NCBI GenBank assembly: GCA_030141605.1
Contig: JAQGDQ010000453.1
Span: 124,920-188,919, forward strand
Length of the DNA stretch: 64,000 nucleotides
Direction: 5' to 3'
DNA from: Tubiluchus corallicola
Taxonomy: Eukaryota > Animalia > Priapulida
Shown here: positions 1 through 60,184 of the stretch, one piece after another
Layout of the letters: the number at the start of each line of letters is the position of its first letter
Position numbering within the stretch: the first letter of the stretch is position 1
The notes under the pieces: generated by a model
Databases searched by the model: none
What the model saw: only the letters and a program-made list of their open reading frames with translations
Told to the model about the DNA's origin: nothing
Program-made: the position numbers and the translations under genes

Positions 1-6
1 TGAAAA

Positions 7-87
7 TAAGTCCTGCACCACACCTTCAACCTAAATCCTGCACCACACTTTCAAACTAAGTCCTGCACCACATCTTTAAACTAAGTC
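7..87. repeat. 25-bp tandem repeat, about 3 copies
   Basis: TCCTGCACCACA at 11, 36, 61. Confidence 0.8.
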
Positions 88-387
88 ATAAATACAATAT
101 CATAATAACTTGTTTATGTAACTTAGCGTAAAGCTCTTTTTTCTTTTTACCATCAGAGAATTTTATTATTATTCCTACATTGATATAAATAGTTAGACGG
201 ATAAATGTTCTTTACCTCTTACTAGATAAAATGTACTGACATTAGGCCTATAAAAATTCGAAGTAAACGTAGAAAATTCGTAGAAAGCGAATTTGTAAAA
301 TGTCCTTTTTTACTTTTTGTTCTAAAATATTTTGAAATAAATTTGTAAAAGTTGTTCAAAAGGTTATTCTGTTTTATTTTATTTCAG

Positions 388-34811
<34,424 letters not shown>

Positions 34812-35218
34812 CTTGCTTGGGCTGGAGTTACAGTTTATTAACATGGCAGTTAAAAGTGAAATTTGTCAATTTTTTGTCCCTGTTTTGTTTATAGTCATAA
34901 TAACTAATGTTTTGGTGCTGTTATCAGTGTTTAGTGTTACAGTCAATTGCTTGAATGCTCAAGTAGGTATGCTTGAAAAATTTGCATTAAATATTTATTA
35001 ATTTCTAGTTGCTTAGTTACAGCCTGTTGCATTGTTTATTTATTAATGTGAAGTGCTTTTGAATACGGTGCCAGTGTTTGTATTATTAAACTAAAAAATG
35101 TTACGTTTGGCTTGCAAAAAGGCGTTCATTGTCTATTTTGTATTATGAAATTGTCTAATGTGTTTAACAATTTTGTGAGTGTATATTTTTCATTTGTTTT
35201 GGACTTTTTTCACCAAAA

Positions 35219-35572
<354 letters not shown>

Positions 35573-35659
35573 AATCGCAATCGCTTGATCTGACAATATG
35601 TTATTCTACATCGCATGGAGATAGTGCTACTTTTTACCAAAGCACCTTTATTTAATTTG

Positions 35660-35775
35660 ACCAGTGGCCAAGCTTACAGCCCGCCCACTGGCGATTTGCT
35701 TGTTTTCACAACTTCCACAACAGAATAATTAAAATCTGGAATCAACTCCCCGAGTCTGTCATCTGTGCCCCCCCC
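35660..35775 (+). mobile_element. CR1/L2-type LINE 3' fragment
   Basis: Translates to FHNRIIKIWNQLPESVICAP, resembling the CR1 ORF2 C-terminal F..R.I..WN.LP..V motif. Confidence 0.55.
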
Positions 35776-36195
35776 CCCTCTTGCTCTGTGCTCAGAGTAG
35801 CAAACTTTTTTAAAAAATGTTTAAAAGATGTAAATCATAGTAATCATTTATCATTTTAACAGACATGTAAGTAACCTTGACTCTGTGCCTTTAACCGTAA
35901 TCTCTTAACTGAACCCCTTTTATCTGTAAAAAATTAATTGTGCTATACATGCGGTTTAGCTTGTTTCATATTTTAAATTTTTCGTAAATATTTTCTTCTA
36001 ATATTTTTTAAAATAATGATTACCTATATGCATATGAATAACAAGCTTACAGTTGCTGATGTGGATAAAACGTGTTCAAAAGCAGCGTGTGGCGGTCAGT
36101 CAAACATCTGTGCTTAGATCTCTGAATGTATTCTTGTTATGAAGACATCCATTACGCGAAGATATTAATCTTCATAACCTTAATATTAATAAAAC

Positions 36196-36463
36196 CAGGG
36201 CCTATTTCAGCCTAAGGGAGGCCCAGAGAAGTGGGGCGTGTGAGGCCTCCTCGGGGGGAGGGGGGGCAGACCAGGCTTTCTGGTTTGCGCCCAGAAAAAT
36301 TTTTAACTGCTAGAACGCCGGAGAAGCATTTTCGAAGAGAAAATATGGAGTTATACAGTATGTTCGCATAAACCAAAAAAAATAATGTTACCTCGGCGCG
36401 AGGCCCCCCTGGAGGGTGAGGCCCCGGGGGAAGTATCCTCACTCCCCCCCGAAATAGATCCTA
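36196..36463. mobile_element. hAT-type MITE (same family as 42160-42500)
   Basis: CAGGGCCTATTTC...GAAATAGATCCTA, 8-bp TSD AATAAAAC. Confidence 0.82.
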
Positions 36464-37284
36464 AATAAAACCTTCAGAAAAAGACAGTAGCAGGGTTCCC
36501 TGAGTTTTCCCGGACAAAATATTGATTTTCCATGACCAAGATAAGCAGAAATTGCGTTACCATTACCAATATTCAAACATTTTTGTGTTATGGACATTCA
36601 TATATATATATACTGATATATGTGTCGTCCAATCATTATTTTTGGAACAGAAATCGAAACTGGGAACCTGCCATAGCAAAATTTTATTTGAACACGAATC
36701 ACTGAAAAATATGTTTAGAAAAATATCGGTTCATTTTTTGCAACCCTTTCCAATTTCCCCGACTTTTCGCCCCATTTTCCCAGACCGTGGCAACCCTGCA
36801 GTGGGTTCTTGAACTTGACAGCAAACAGTGTTCCAACTCGAGTGGAACTCTACGCATTTTTTCTATGAAATTGTGCAAAAATCTTCGAAAAAACATGAGC
36901 AAAAAATAGAGGAGTTACTAATAGATGTACCAAGAGCAATGTAAAAATGTATATATAATTTTCACCAAAGTACACTAGTTTTCTGAGTAAACAAGACTTG
37001 AGGTGAGAAATCAACAAACAACGTACACACTGCTGTAGTTATTCCACTATAAATCGCGAGGATTATTTTCTCAAAATCACAAAGAATGAAACTCAATTTC
37101 AATACTGTGTTTTTATTGTAAATTCACACACAGGACAAATTCATAATTCAAATTCAAAAACAACAAAAAACAACGATATATCAAAACTTTTCCAAAATTT
37201 CTAGTAGAACATGAACACGACTATAACATTGGCTTAAAATTTCAAACTCTTTGAAGAAAATTCAGTCCGTGATATATACTAGAA

Positions 37285-37643
37285 CAGGGGTTCTCAACCG
37301 GGGGGGGGGGGGAATGAGCCACCTCCAGGGTGGGAACGAATGGGTGGAAAAATAAAAATCGAAAGCACGCAAACCGATTCGATATGAGCAATGATTTGAG
37401 AGTGGCTCAGTCACAACCCCCGACATCAAGAAAATCGTGTCCTCTCAACAGGAGCAAGAGTCACATTGAATGTGGTGACCACAGATTGTATTATTATTCA
37501 TGAATAAAAAAAATGTTGAAATTAGAAAAATAAATTTAATTAAAAAAAATGCATTTTTCATTTTGTTTGTGGGCTGGGAGGGGGGGGGCGAGAATCAGCA
37601 GCCTTCAAAAGGGGGGAATGGGTCAAAATGTTGGGAACCACTG
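37285..37643. mobile_element. hAT-type MITE in the LRR gene 3' region
   Basis: CAGGGGTTCTCAAC...GTTGGGAACCACTG, TSD TACTAGAA/TTCTAGAA. Confidence 0.82.
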
Positions 37644-37688
37644 TTCTAGAAGATTATGGAAAACGTTACAAACTCTCCAGTCTCTCTT

Positions 37689-37834
37689 CTAGCACTCCCC
37701 AAGAGCTTCTGTTGTTAGAGATGCGATTGCTCTTCCTCTTAATCTTCGTGGTTCTTCGCAAATAACCTCAACTCTTTTCCATGCCTCAGCCTTGAGCCAC
37801 GCTAGCTGACAATCACAGATAATCTCCGAACGGC
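37689..37834 (-). CDS. LRR gene exon 2 (LRRCT)
   Basis: cattttag|GCCG; CDC-x-L-x-WL...C-x-x-P-x-x-LRG motif; TAG at 37691-37689. Confidence 0.85.
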
Positions 37835-40284
37835 CTAAAATGAGAAACCTGTGTCCAGTTTATTTATAATAGTATTTAATTCCAGTGCAATGAGGGCTGG
37901 CTCTACCATTAGCTAAACTAGGCAGTTGCCCAGTGCAGTCAGGGCTGGCTCTACCATTAGCTAAACTAGGCAGTTGCCCAGTGCAGTCAGAACTGGCTCT
38001 ACCATTAGCTAAACTAGGCAGCTGCCTAGGACGCCAAATTTTGGAAGTAATTCTTTAACGTTGAAATTCAGCCTAAGTAATACTAATAACATGATGTGTA
38101 TATATATATACATATAATCTTTATTTGCCATTAAAATACATTGATAATCACTGATAAAAACTTTAAAGAGATGATCAATCAGTGTTAGTTAATAAAAACT
38201 TACACTGCTAAAGGCAAATGCGTCAGTGCAATCTAAACTACTGTGCAGTAATGGAAAGTAACGACGAATAAAATCAAACATATTTACAACTATGCACAAA
38301 AAATGAAAAACTATGATTTATTTAATGCGGCCGTGGATATATGAATTCTGAATTAGTGTGTATGTTGTCGTACTGGTGTGATGGTATTTCATATCTGGTT
38401 AATGTCACATATGTGTCATTATGTGTGTGTAATTCTTTATGTGCGCAACATTAATTAAACAAAACAAACTAGTTGCATTATTTCTTTGTCGAAACGTATG
38501 AATCTTGGATGCTAGCAAGCGTCTTCCAGCAAAAAACCACATTTTAGTTTTGCTTTATCGAGTTCTCTAAGGGTACGCCACTTCACACAGGACACAATCT
38601 CGCCATGAATTCAACTTCAAACTCAATCAACACAAGCTGTAGATAAGTAACTGACTTCCTTGATTAGTGCACTACACATTACACAGTGTAATACGATGCC
38701 GCTATAATTTTATAATTTATTATAATATTAAGCAAGAAAAAGTTAATATTGGGAGTGCGGGGGGGGACCGTGGAGGGGGGGAGGTGATCGTTGAGGAGAC
38801 ACTACAAATACTTTTGCCCAGGGGCGTCAAATCACCTACAGTCGGTCCCGAGTGTGTCAGCTTTGCTTGTATTCGGAACGTGGTTTTCTAAATATAAAAT
38901 ATTTTATTTATTTACTTTTTATGTTATTATAGTCAGTTACGTTATCCAGTCATTATAGTACAAGTTTGTGTTATAAGGCACTTAGTTTTCTTTGGTACTG
39001 AACACGACAGGATGAAGGCATAGGGGCACATCGAGTTCGGGGGGGGGGGGTAGATGCGGAGGGGAATTTAAAATAAATTTAGTTGCACTGCAAAAGTGAA
39101 CCCTAAAGTACGAAATGGTGAACTGTCTTAAGTTCTAAAGAACACACTTGTCTGGTCTTTTCATTTGTGCAAATTGCAAACTTGTAACAAAACTGGTTAA
39201 TAATGACAATGCCAGGCTAACAAGCCCAGCAACACAAAGATTTTCACTGATTCATAGAGTTAATGCACGCGTCACCACCGTTTTCAATACTTGACCTGTG
39301 TGGTTTTATTTGCCATGCTGATTCCCCGGCTGCTTACCTCTAGAAGAATTAGTTACTGACATCTGAACGGCGCCTCCGTCGGTTTAGCGTCTCATGTTAG
39401 AGGTATCTCGTCTAGACAACGAGGCACGTTACACATTTGCTACGACCATCGCAATTCCAGGCCCGGCTGTTCGTTGACCGGTAATAAAGTCACGGAACAA
39501 AGACAATTTTGGCAAGAAAAAAATCACAATTAAGTTTGACTAGCGTTACGGTTACAGTTAGGTTATTTCTTGTGACTTTTTTAGCTTGATTCGTTGAATT
39601 CTTGGCTGCAGTCTGACGAATTGTATAAAAAAGTACAATTTTATTGATTTATAAACAAAACTTACCACCTACTAATATAGCTATATTCTCGGGGCTGGCA
39701 TCAGAATGCAGTTGAGGTCTTTGCAATCTTGTTATTCCATGGTAACTGAGTCTCTTGAAAGCTGGATCTTGTGTCAAAACGAATTTTGGCATGTCTCTTA
39801 ACCTAGCATGCCAGATTGAAAGTTCTTTCAAGCCTTCTACTTTAGAAAACGCTTCTGGATGGATATTGATGCACCCCCGGTTCCTATGGAACATTAATAT
39901 TTGTGCACCACCTTCAATGGCGTGTTTCCCCAATGTATGAAAGCTGCCGCCAAGCACGCGAAGTAACGTCACAGTTTTACCCGGAAATAAAAACTTAAAC
40001 TCGCCACTTTCTGGCGCAGGGCTCTCGATGTGTAAGTTTGTAATATTCTCTGGAAGTTTCTCACCAATTTCAGTTAGAACCGCTTCATTGAGAGCATCCC
40101 TATCATAAGAAATAAAGAAATATCGTCGCACATTAGGTGCAGGTCTGCATATTATAGAGCAGTTATCTTCCATGAAAAACAGTTCAATATGGAAACATAA
40201 ATCGACGTCAATCCTCTCACAATAATCTGCATATCCTGAGTGCAACACATACGCGATAAAGACAACTAAACTGAGTGTTTTCAT
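37689..40284 (-). CDS. Small secreted leucine-rich-repeat protein with C-terminal LRRCT cap, 2 exons, 254 aa
   Basis: Exon 1 (40284-39666) has a signal-peptide-like start (MKTLSLVVFIAYVLHSGYA) and degenerate LRRs (LPENITNLHI, IHPEAFSKVEGLKELSIWHARLRDMP). Exon 2 (37834-37689) encodes ICDCQLAWLK..VICEEPRRLRGRAIASL..C*, matching the LRRCT pattern. Phase-1 GT-AG intron. AATAAA on - at 37112-37117. Confidence 0.85.
37882..38028. repeat. 48-bp tandem triplication of a MITE-like terminus in the LRR gene intron
   Basis: CTCTACCATTAGCTAAACTAGGCAG at 37901, 37949, 37997. Confidence 0.8.
39666..40284 (-). CDS. LRR gene exon 1
   Basis: ATG at 40284; donor GGTG|gtaagt at 39665. Confidence 0.85.
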
Positions 40285-40549
40285 TTCGTCACGGTTCAGT
40301 GAATTACAGGCGACAAGTGTACATCAACGTACAGCACACTCAGTTAACAAGTAACACTATGAGCTGTTCACGAAATCAATGGTTATTATAAAATGCTTGG
40401 ACTTTTGCTGATTATAATTGCTGTTGCTCGGAAAACATTGTCCCATTGTTGTTTGTCCGCAAAAAATAGACAATGGGGTGCGCACGGGACAGCTAAGATC
40501 CGTTTATACATAGGGTGGTTTTCTACACGAATTCTGTGAATAAATTCTC

Positions 40550-40699
40550 TTATTATTATTATTGTTGTTATTATTATTATTTTATTATTATTATTATTGT
40601 TGTTGTTGTTGTTGTTGTTATTATTATTATTATTGTTGTTGTTATTGTTATTATTATTATTATTATTATCATCATTATTATTGTTGTTATTATTATTAC

Positions 40700-40733
<34 letters not shown>
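40550..40733. repeat. (TTA/TTG)n microsatellite
   Basis: Direct reading. Confidence 0.9.
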
Positions 40734-40735
<2 letters not shown>

Positions 40736-41759
40736 AAGTCATTAATTATTTATGTTCGAACACACCTGCACAGTTAAGTTACATAAGTGGTTCAATAAAA
40801 GAAATTACTAGACTAGCAGTAAAAGTAAAAATAGGTATATTAAGTATAATGTGGACCTCAGTTATTATAAGTAATTGCAAAAATGTTTTATAAGCAAGTT
40901 TGTGGTACATAAAGACATGATGATCATTGACCGTGTCGTATATATACTCTTATATCATGATACAGTGCAGAATTATCGGCTTGCAAATTGAGGCTTTGTA
41001 TATTGTGCAAAAAGATTTATCATCATAATAATCATGCATGAATTTCTGCTGGCTTTTCAGTTGTTATTTTCTCTGTGTTATTTGTGAAGTTGCAAAATGC
41101 GTGAGAAAAGATGAAATGATATTTGATGCGTGTGCATGTGTGAAAGACTTACACAAGAAAACCCTACACTTACATAAAACTTAAAAAATTCGTCTTGAAA
41201 TTTTACAACAATTACGCGCTGTTTTTGGATACAGGATTTGCGTTGACAGTAACGTTGCATAAAGCATGTAAATTTTAACTTCCTCGATGACCGCTAGGCG
41301 CAGCCATTTTGACGACAAGTCATTTGAAGCAAGCTTAGATAACACTGTACGAAGTTTGAGGAACACACGTCACTAACTAAATAAAATTTAAAATTACTGT
41401 ATCTTGTAAATAAGATTAAAAATATGTTTTTTGGTTAGTGATTGATGCCCCCTGGAGGGTGAGTAAGCGACATTTTACCAATTGGTGAAAACATTTTAAG
41501 TAATTATGAATTTTCTTTTCTAGTTGCACAAGTCTTTCAAGCAGGTAAGCGAAATGCTGAGCAATACAACTTTGCATTGAAAGTTTTTTGGTACATAGTT
41601 TAACATTTCACATTCTACCCTTGATTTGCGTTGTGCGTACATGACGTCATGTACCCCTATTAGCTACGCCACTGACACACGCCTAATGCGTGAGTGATCA
41701 GCTGACAGGTCTTTGCGATTAGTAAAATGCGAATTGCGCAAGTCATAACTTACAATATT

Positions 41760-42065
41760 GCCAGATATCACTTACATACGGAGCATGTAGTGCGTCACAA
41801 ACTAATACACCTGAAGCGACAGGTATAGCACCTGTTTCTTGAGTAATGCGTTTCTGAAATGCAGGCGCTTTTACCCGTCTAACTAGAGAATGACGAAATG
41901 CATGTAACAGCGAAGAAGTAGTGGCGCGAATGCAAAATTGAGTTTCTGTGGATATAATTCGTTCACGTAAGTCATTTTTTAAAGAAATAACAGGTTTCCA
42001 TTCAATAGTTTAAAGAGTAAATTGTTTTAACCTTCAGTTTAAAATTGGGTCCTGTTTGGTTTTAA
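41760..42065 (-). mobile_element. Kolobok-like MITE partial copy
   Basis: Reverse complement of the family 5' half, ending TTGGGTCCTGTTTGGTTTTAA. Confidence 0.65.
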
Positions 42066-42159
42066 CTAAGCTGCTCCATCCCATAGTTGTGCTACTCTCG
42101 CAGGTACGAATTCACATACATAATTATAAAGATAAGCAAAAACATGGTATAATGGGGGC

Positions 42160-42500
42160 CAGGGCCTATTTCAGAGGGGGGAGTGGGGATACTTCCCCGG
42201 GACCTCACCCTCCAGGGGGCCTCGCGCCAAGGCAGCATTTTTTTGCTTTATGCGAACATACTGCCTCCTCTCTCCACCTCTCTCTCTCTCTTGCCGCATG
42301 CCATTATTGACAAGTATTAAGGACTGGTCTTGAGAAGCAGTTTTTCTTTCAATTGTTCTTTCCTTTAACAACTGTATAACTCCATATTTTCTCTACGAAA
42401 ATGCTTCTCCGGCGTTCTAGCAGTTCAAAAATTTTCTGGGTGCCCACCATGGTGGCGACCGCCCCCCCTCCGGGCCTCGCTTAGGCTGAAATAGGCCCCG
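42160..42500. mobile_element. hAT-type MITE, inverted relative to the 36196 copy
   Basis: CAGGGCCTATTTC...GAAATAGGCCCCG, TSD ATGGGGGC/ATGGGGGT; internal sequence is the reverse complement of 36196-36463. Confidence 0.82.
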
Positions 42501-42722
42501 ATGGGGGTTAAAAGTACTTAAACACGTCACTCTTCAAGCATAATCTGCCACACAGTCTGTTGTACAGGAAGCGCAAAAACAAAATTTGTTTTAACGCATT
42601 TTCTTTTTAGAAAAATTCAGTCCAAGTAGAAATTTTACAACTAAATGACAAACTGAACGTGTGAACAAACAGATTAAGCTTGCTCTTCATACACAGAAAT
42701 TAACATTTATACAAATAGCGGT

Positions 42723-57091
<14,369 letters not shown>

Positions 57092-59421
57092 CTGAAGCAT
57101 AAAAACGTCGGTAAATGTAATTAGATTTATCGATTTAGCATTAGAATAATATGTTTCAATTTCATAATGCAATCATAATATCATAGTAAGTTTCCTTTCA
57201 ATATTTTAAAGAGTAGATAGTTTTGACCTACAGTTAGGATTGGGTCCGGTTTTGCTTTAAAGACTAATCCTATAATATCTTAATAATTTTATGACGTTTT
57301 TTCCTCTTTAATTGTTGACCCAATCATATACCACAGTATTAGTTTGAAATATCGATTAAATATTCTCTCTTTTCCATTAAATGCCCAGCACTGTTATAAT
57401 CAGTAAAGTTTGCTCCCAGTATTAATTCACACTCACACAGATTTGGCAAGCTCCGTATCCTCTGTTTAGCATCTTATCATAATAGCATGTGAGATACGCG
57501 TGATCTAATATAGATAGTAGTAATAAAGAGCTTAAATAAATTCGCTGAAGATGCACAAGATTTTTTCATTAATTAATTCACATGTACTTTCTGTACAACT
57601 TTCCTGATTACATGTTTATACTACTTTGAATTATTCTGACAACACAAACCCACAATTTTGTCGCTATTAACAGCTTTGTAACTCATGATAACATACATAT
57701 ATACCTTGGAGGGTTGTCTGTGAAAGTCAAAGTTCATTATTTTACGTTTATCTATAGTCAATTTCATATTCTTATGAGCAGAAGTGGCTTCTCATACCCA
57801 CTACGTTAGTTCCTCAACATGTTCACAGCGTGTTGAAATCTCTTTACATGTGTGACGATGTAGTCTAAGTTCCGTTATTGTAAATATGTGGTTCGTGACT
57901 TAAGTGTAACCCTTAGGTAAAGAATAAAGTACTTAGTCGAAAACACTGAGAAGAAACCACTGAATTAATAAAATAATACAATTTAATTAATATCCCAAAA
58001 TACATTACAAGACAAATGTTAATAATAAAGATTAAGCCGGCTAAGAAGAGAAAGAACAACGTAATGCTTTTCACCAGTGCAGTCTTGGCATCATCAAGCG
58101 ACCATTCTCCTGCTCCCATTCCGCGTCATCTCCTCACCAGGGGCTTGATCGAGGAATGGTGCACCATAGAACGGTTGACTACACTACGTGAACGACGTCT
58201 CCAAACTTTGACGACTCCTGATGTACACGCCTCCACTAATACGACGCCAAAATGGGGTAGCATCCAAGCTCCTGCACTCGTCGCAAGGTAAGGATTACCA
58301 ATTTTGTAATCACAGCATCCCGCACCAACGACAGTATCATCAACGTCAGGTAAATACGAGTAAGTATCATCAGCAGCAGATATCATCGACAACTGGTAAG
58401 TGATGTATCATCAGCGTCAGGAAAATATAATCAGCAATAGGTAAGTATCATCGCTAGAATGCAACTATCGTCTCTGTCGTAACCAGGTAGACAGATCGCT
58501 TTTCTACAAGCAAGCACTATTACTACTAAACCATCATTTCATGACATGAGAACGTCCGCTTAACTCGCCAACTTAAAGCGGAATACCTGGGCGAACTGAA
58601 CAGCCAAAATTTCGTCTACGTGGCTTCAGTCACATGATATAGTAGTAATGCATAAACAGTATCATTGAATGTACAGGTGAAATCTGATTTCAGAACAAGT
58701 TGGCTTCTAGCCTTATATCATTAAACAGTTTAACTAAACTTCTTTTATAAAGATTGACAATAATTAATGGTGGAATTATAACAGTAGGAACTAGTTACAT
58801 AACCTGGCCTAAAATAAGCCTGAGCGTCACATAGCATCCTCCGTTACAAAAGCTTGATCCATCAAATTTTTTTACTAAAATGTGATATCAAGACTTTTAA
58901 CACAATAGGTCAGGGCAATAAACTAGTTACACAAAAAATCATGATACATATTCATCACAATAATAGAACAAAAATAACTAATGTCAATGACAAAAAATGC
59001 AATACTCAATCACAGTCTTCATCAACAAATCTTTGTGAATTCCTTCGCTCATGAAATAATTACATATTAGGTAAGACAGTATTTATTTACTCTTAAGCAT
59101 ACAACGCAAGGTTCAAATCTTGGTTTCAAAATAAATGAATAAACTAAAAATAAAACACTGTATTGTTTTGAACAAAGGAAAAATACTTTTACTATTAACC
59201 AGCCTAACAAGATTAAAATAATACAGTACAACAACACATGTTTTCTATTACCACTCCTAGATGGCATTGCGAATACATTAAACTAATTTCGCAACAAAAT
59301 TTTATTATTTTAATTCATTTCCAATGAATTGGCTTCATATAATGTAAAAGAAAATGTTTCAAACTGGTCAGAGGTGATCTTTAATCACCTAACTTGAGCT
59401 TTAGTGGTTGGAATTGTCCAC

Positions 59422-60184
59422 TCATAGACGTGAAAGAGAATCTGCTACAATATTATCTTTTCCAGCAATATTCTCTACAGTAAAGTGGAATTCTTGCAAA
59501 ATAAGCGCCCATGTACAAAGGCGGCGATTATTTCTCTTCATGCGTGGGAGTGCTAGCAAACTACGTTGGTCAGTTCGTACTATGAACTCATGACCTTCTA
59601 AGTAGTAACGTAACTTAGATACAGAATACACTACTGCCAACAACTCAATTTCCACAACACTATAATTTCGTTCACACGTAGTTAACTTTCTGCTCACATG
59701 TGTAATTGGCACCTCACCTAACTCACTCTGTACTTGTGTCAGCACTCCACCAATACCACTAAATGAAGCATCAGTTGTTAGAACGAATTTCTGCGAAAAA
59801 TCAGGTGAGTGAAGCACCTTTGTCTGAGTTCAGTGCAGTGCGCAGTTCTATAAAGCTGCGTTCACACTCTTCATTCCAGTCAACGTGTACAGGTGCATTT
59901 TTCTCAAGCAGTGCATACAAGGGTACCGCAATAGGACTAAACATCGTTTCGACATGTCCTACAACTGGCGTAGGATTTGTTAGAGTAATACGATGTTGGA
60001 CTAATTCAGTGCACCCGGGAAGATTAGTGAACATCTCTGAAAATTCTGCAAGTACTGCTGCCAACTGACTAATCTGTTCATCATTGAGATGAGAGTCATA
60101 TGCTACATCATTGAGGGACTGCGTGGGTGAGGCAGATGGCGGGAATGCATATTCAGGAAGTTTCAATGAACACTCATTTTCCTC
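59422..60184 (-). pseudogene. Disrupted RT/RNase H of the retroelement
   Basis: In frame after the TAG stop. RT N-terminus (LAEFSEMFTNLPG.T.LVQHRI) jumps to the thumb region (FSPIAVPLYALL); no YxDD; frameshift near 59810 before RNase H. Confidence 0.85.

Noticed and set aside
57437-57504. Possible extra minus-strand exon (ttag|ATCACG...TGT|gtgagt)
   Set aside because: Splice signals are plausible, but the open frame (HAYLTCYYDKMLNRGYGACQIC) does not resemble the transglutaminase sequence expected before LNMCD..GVL; unsupported without RNA data.
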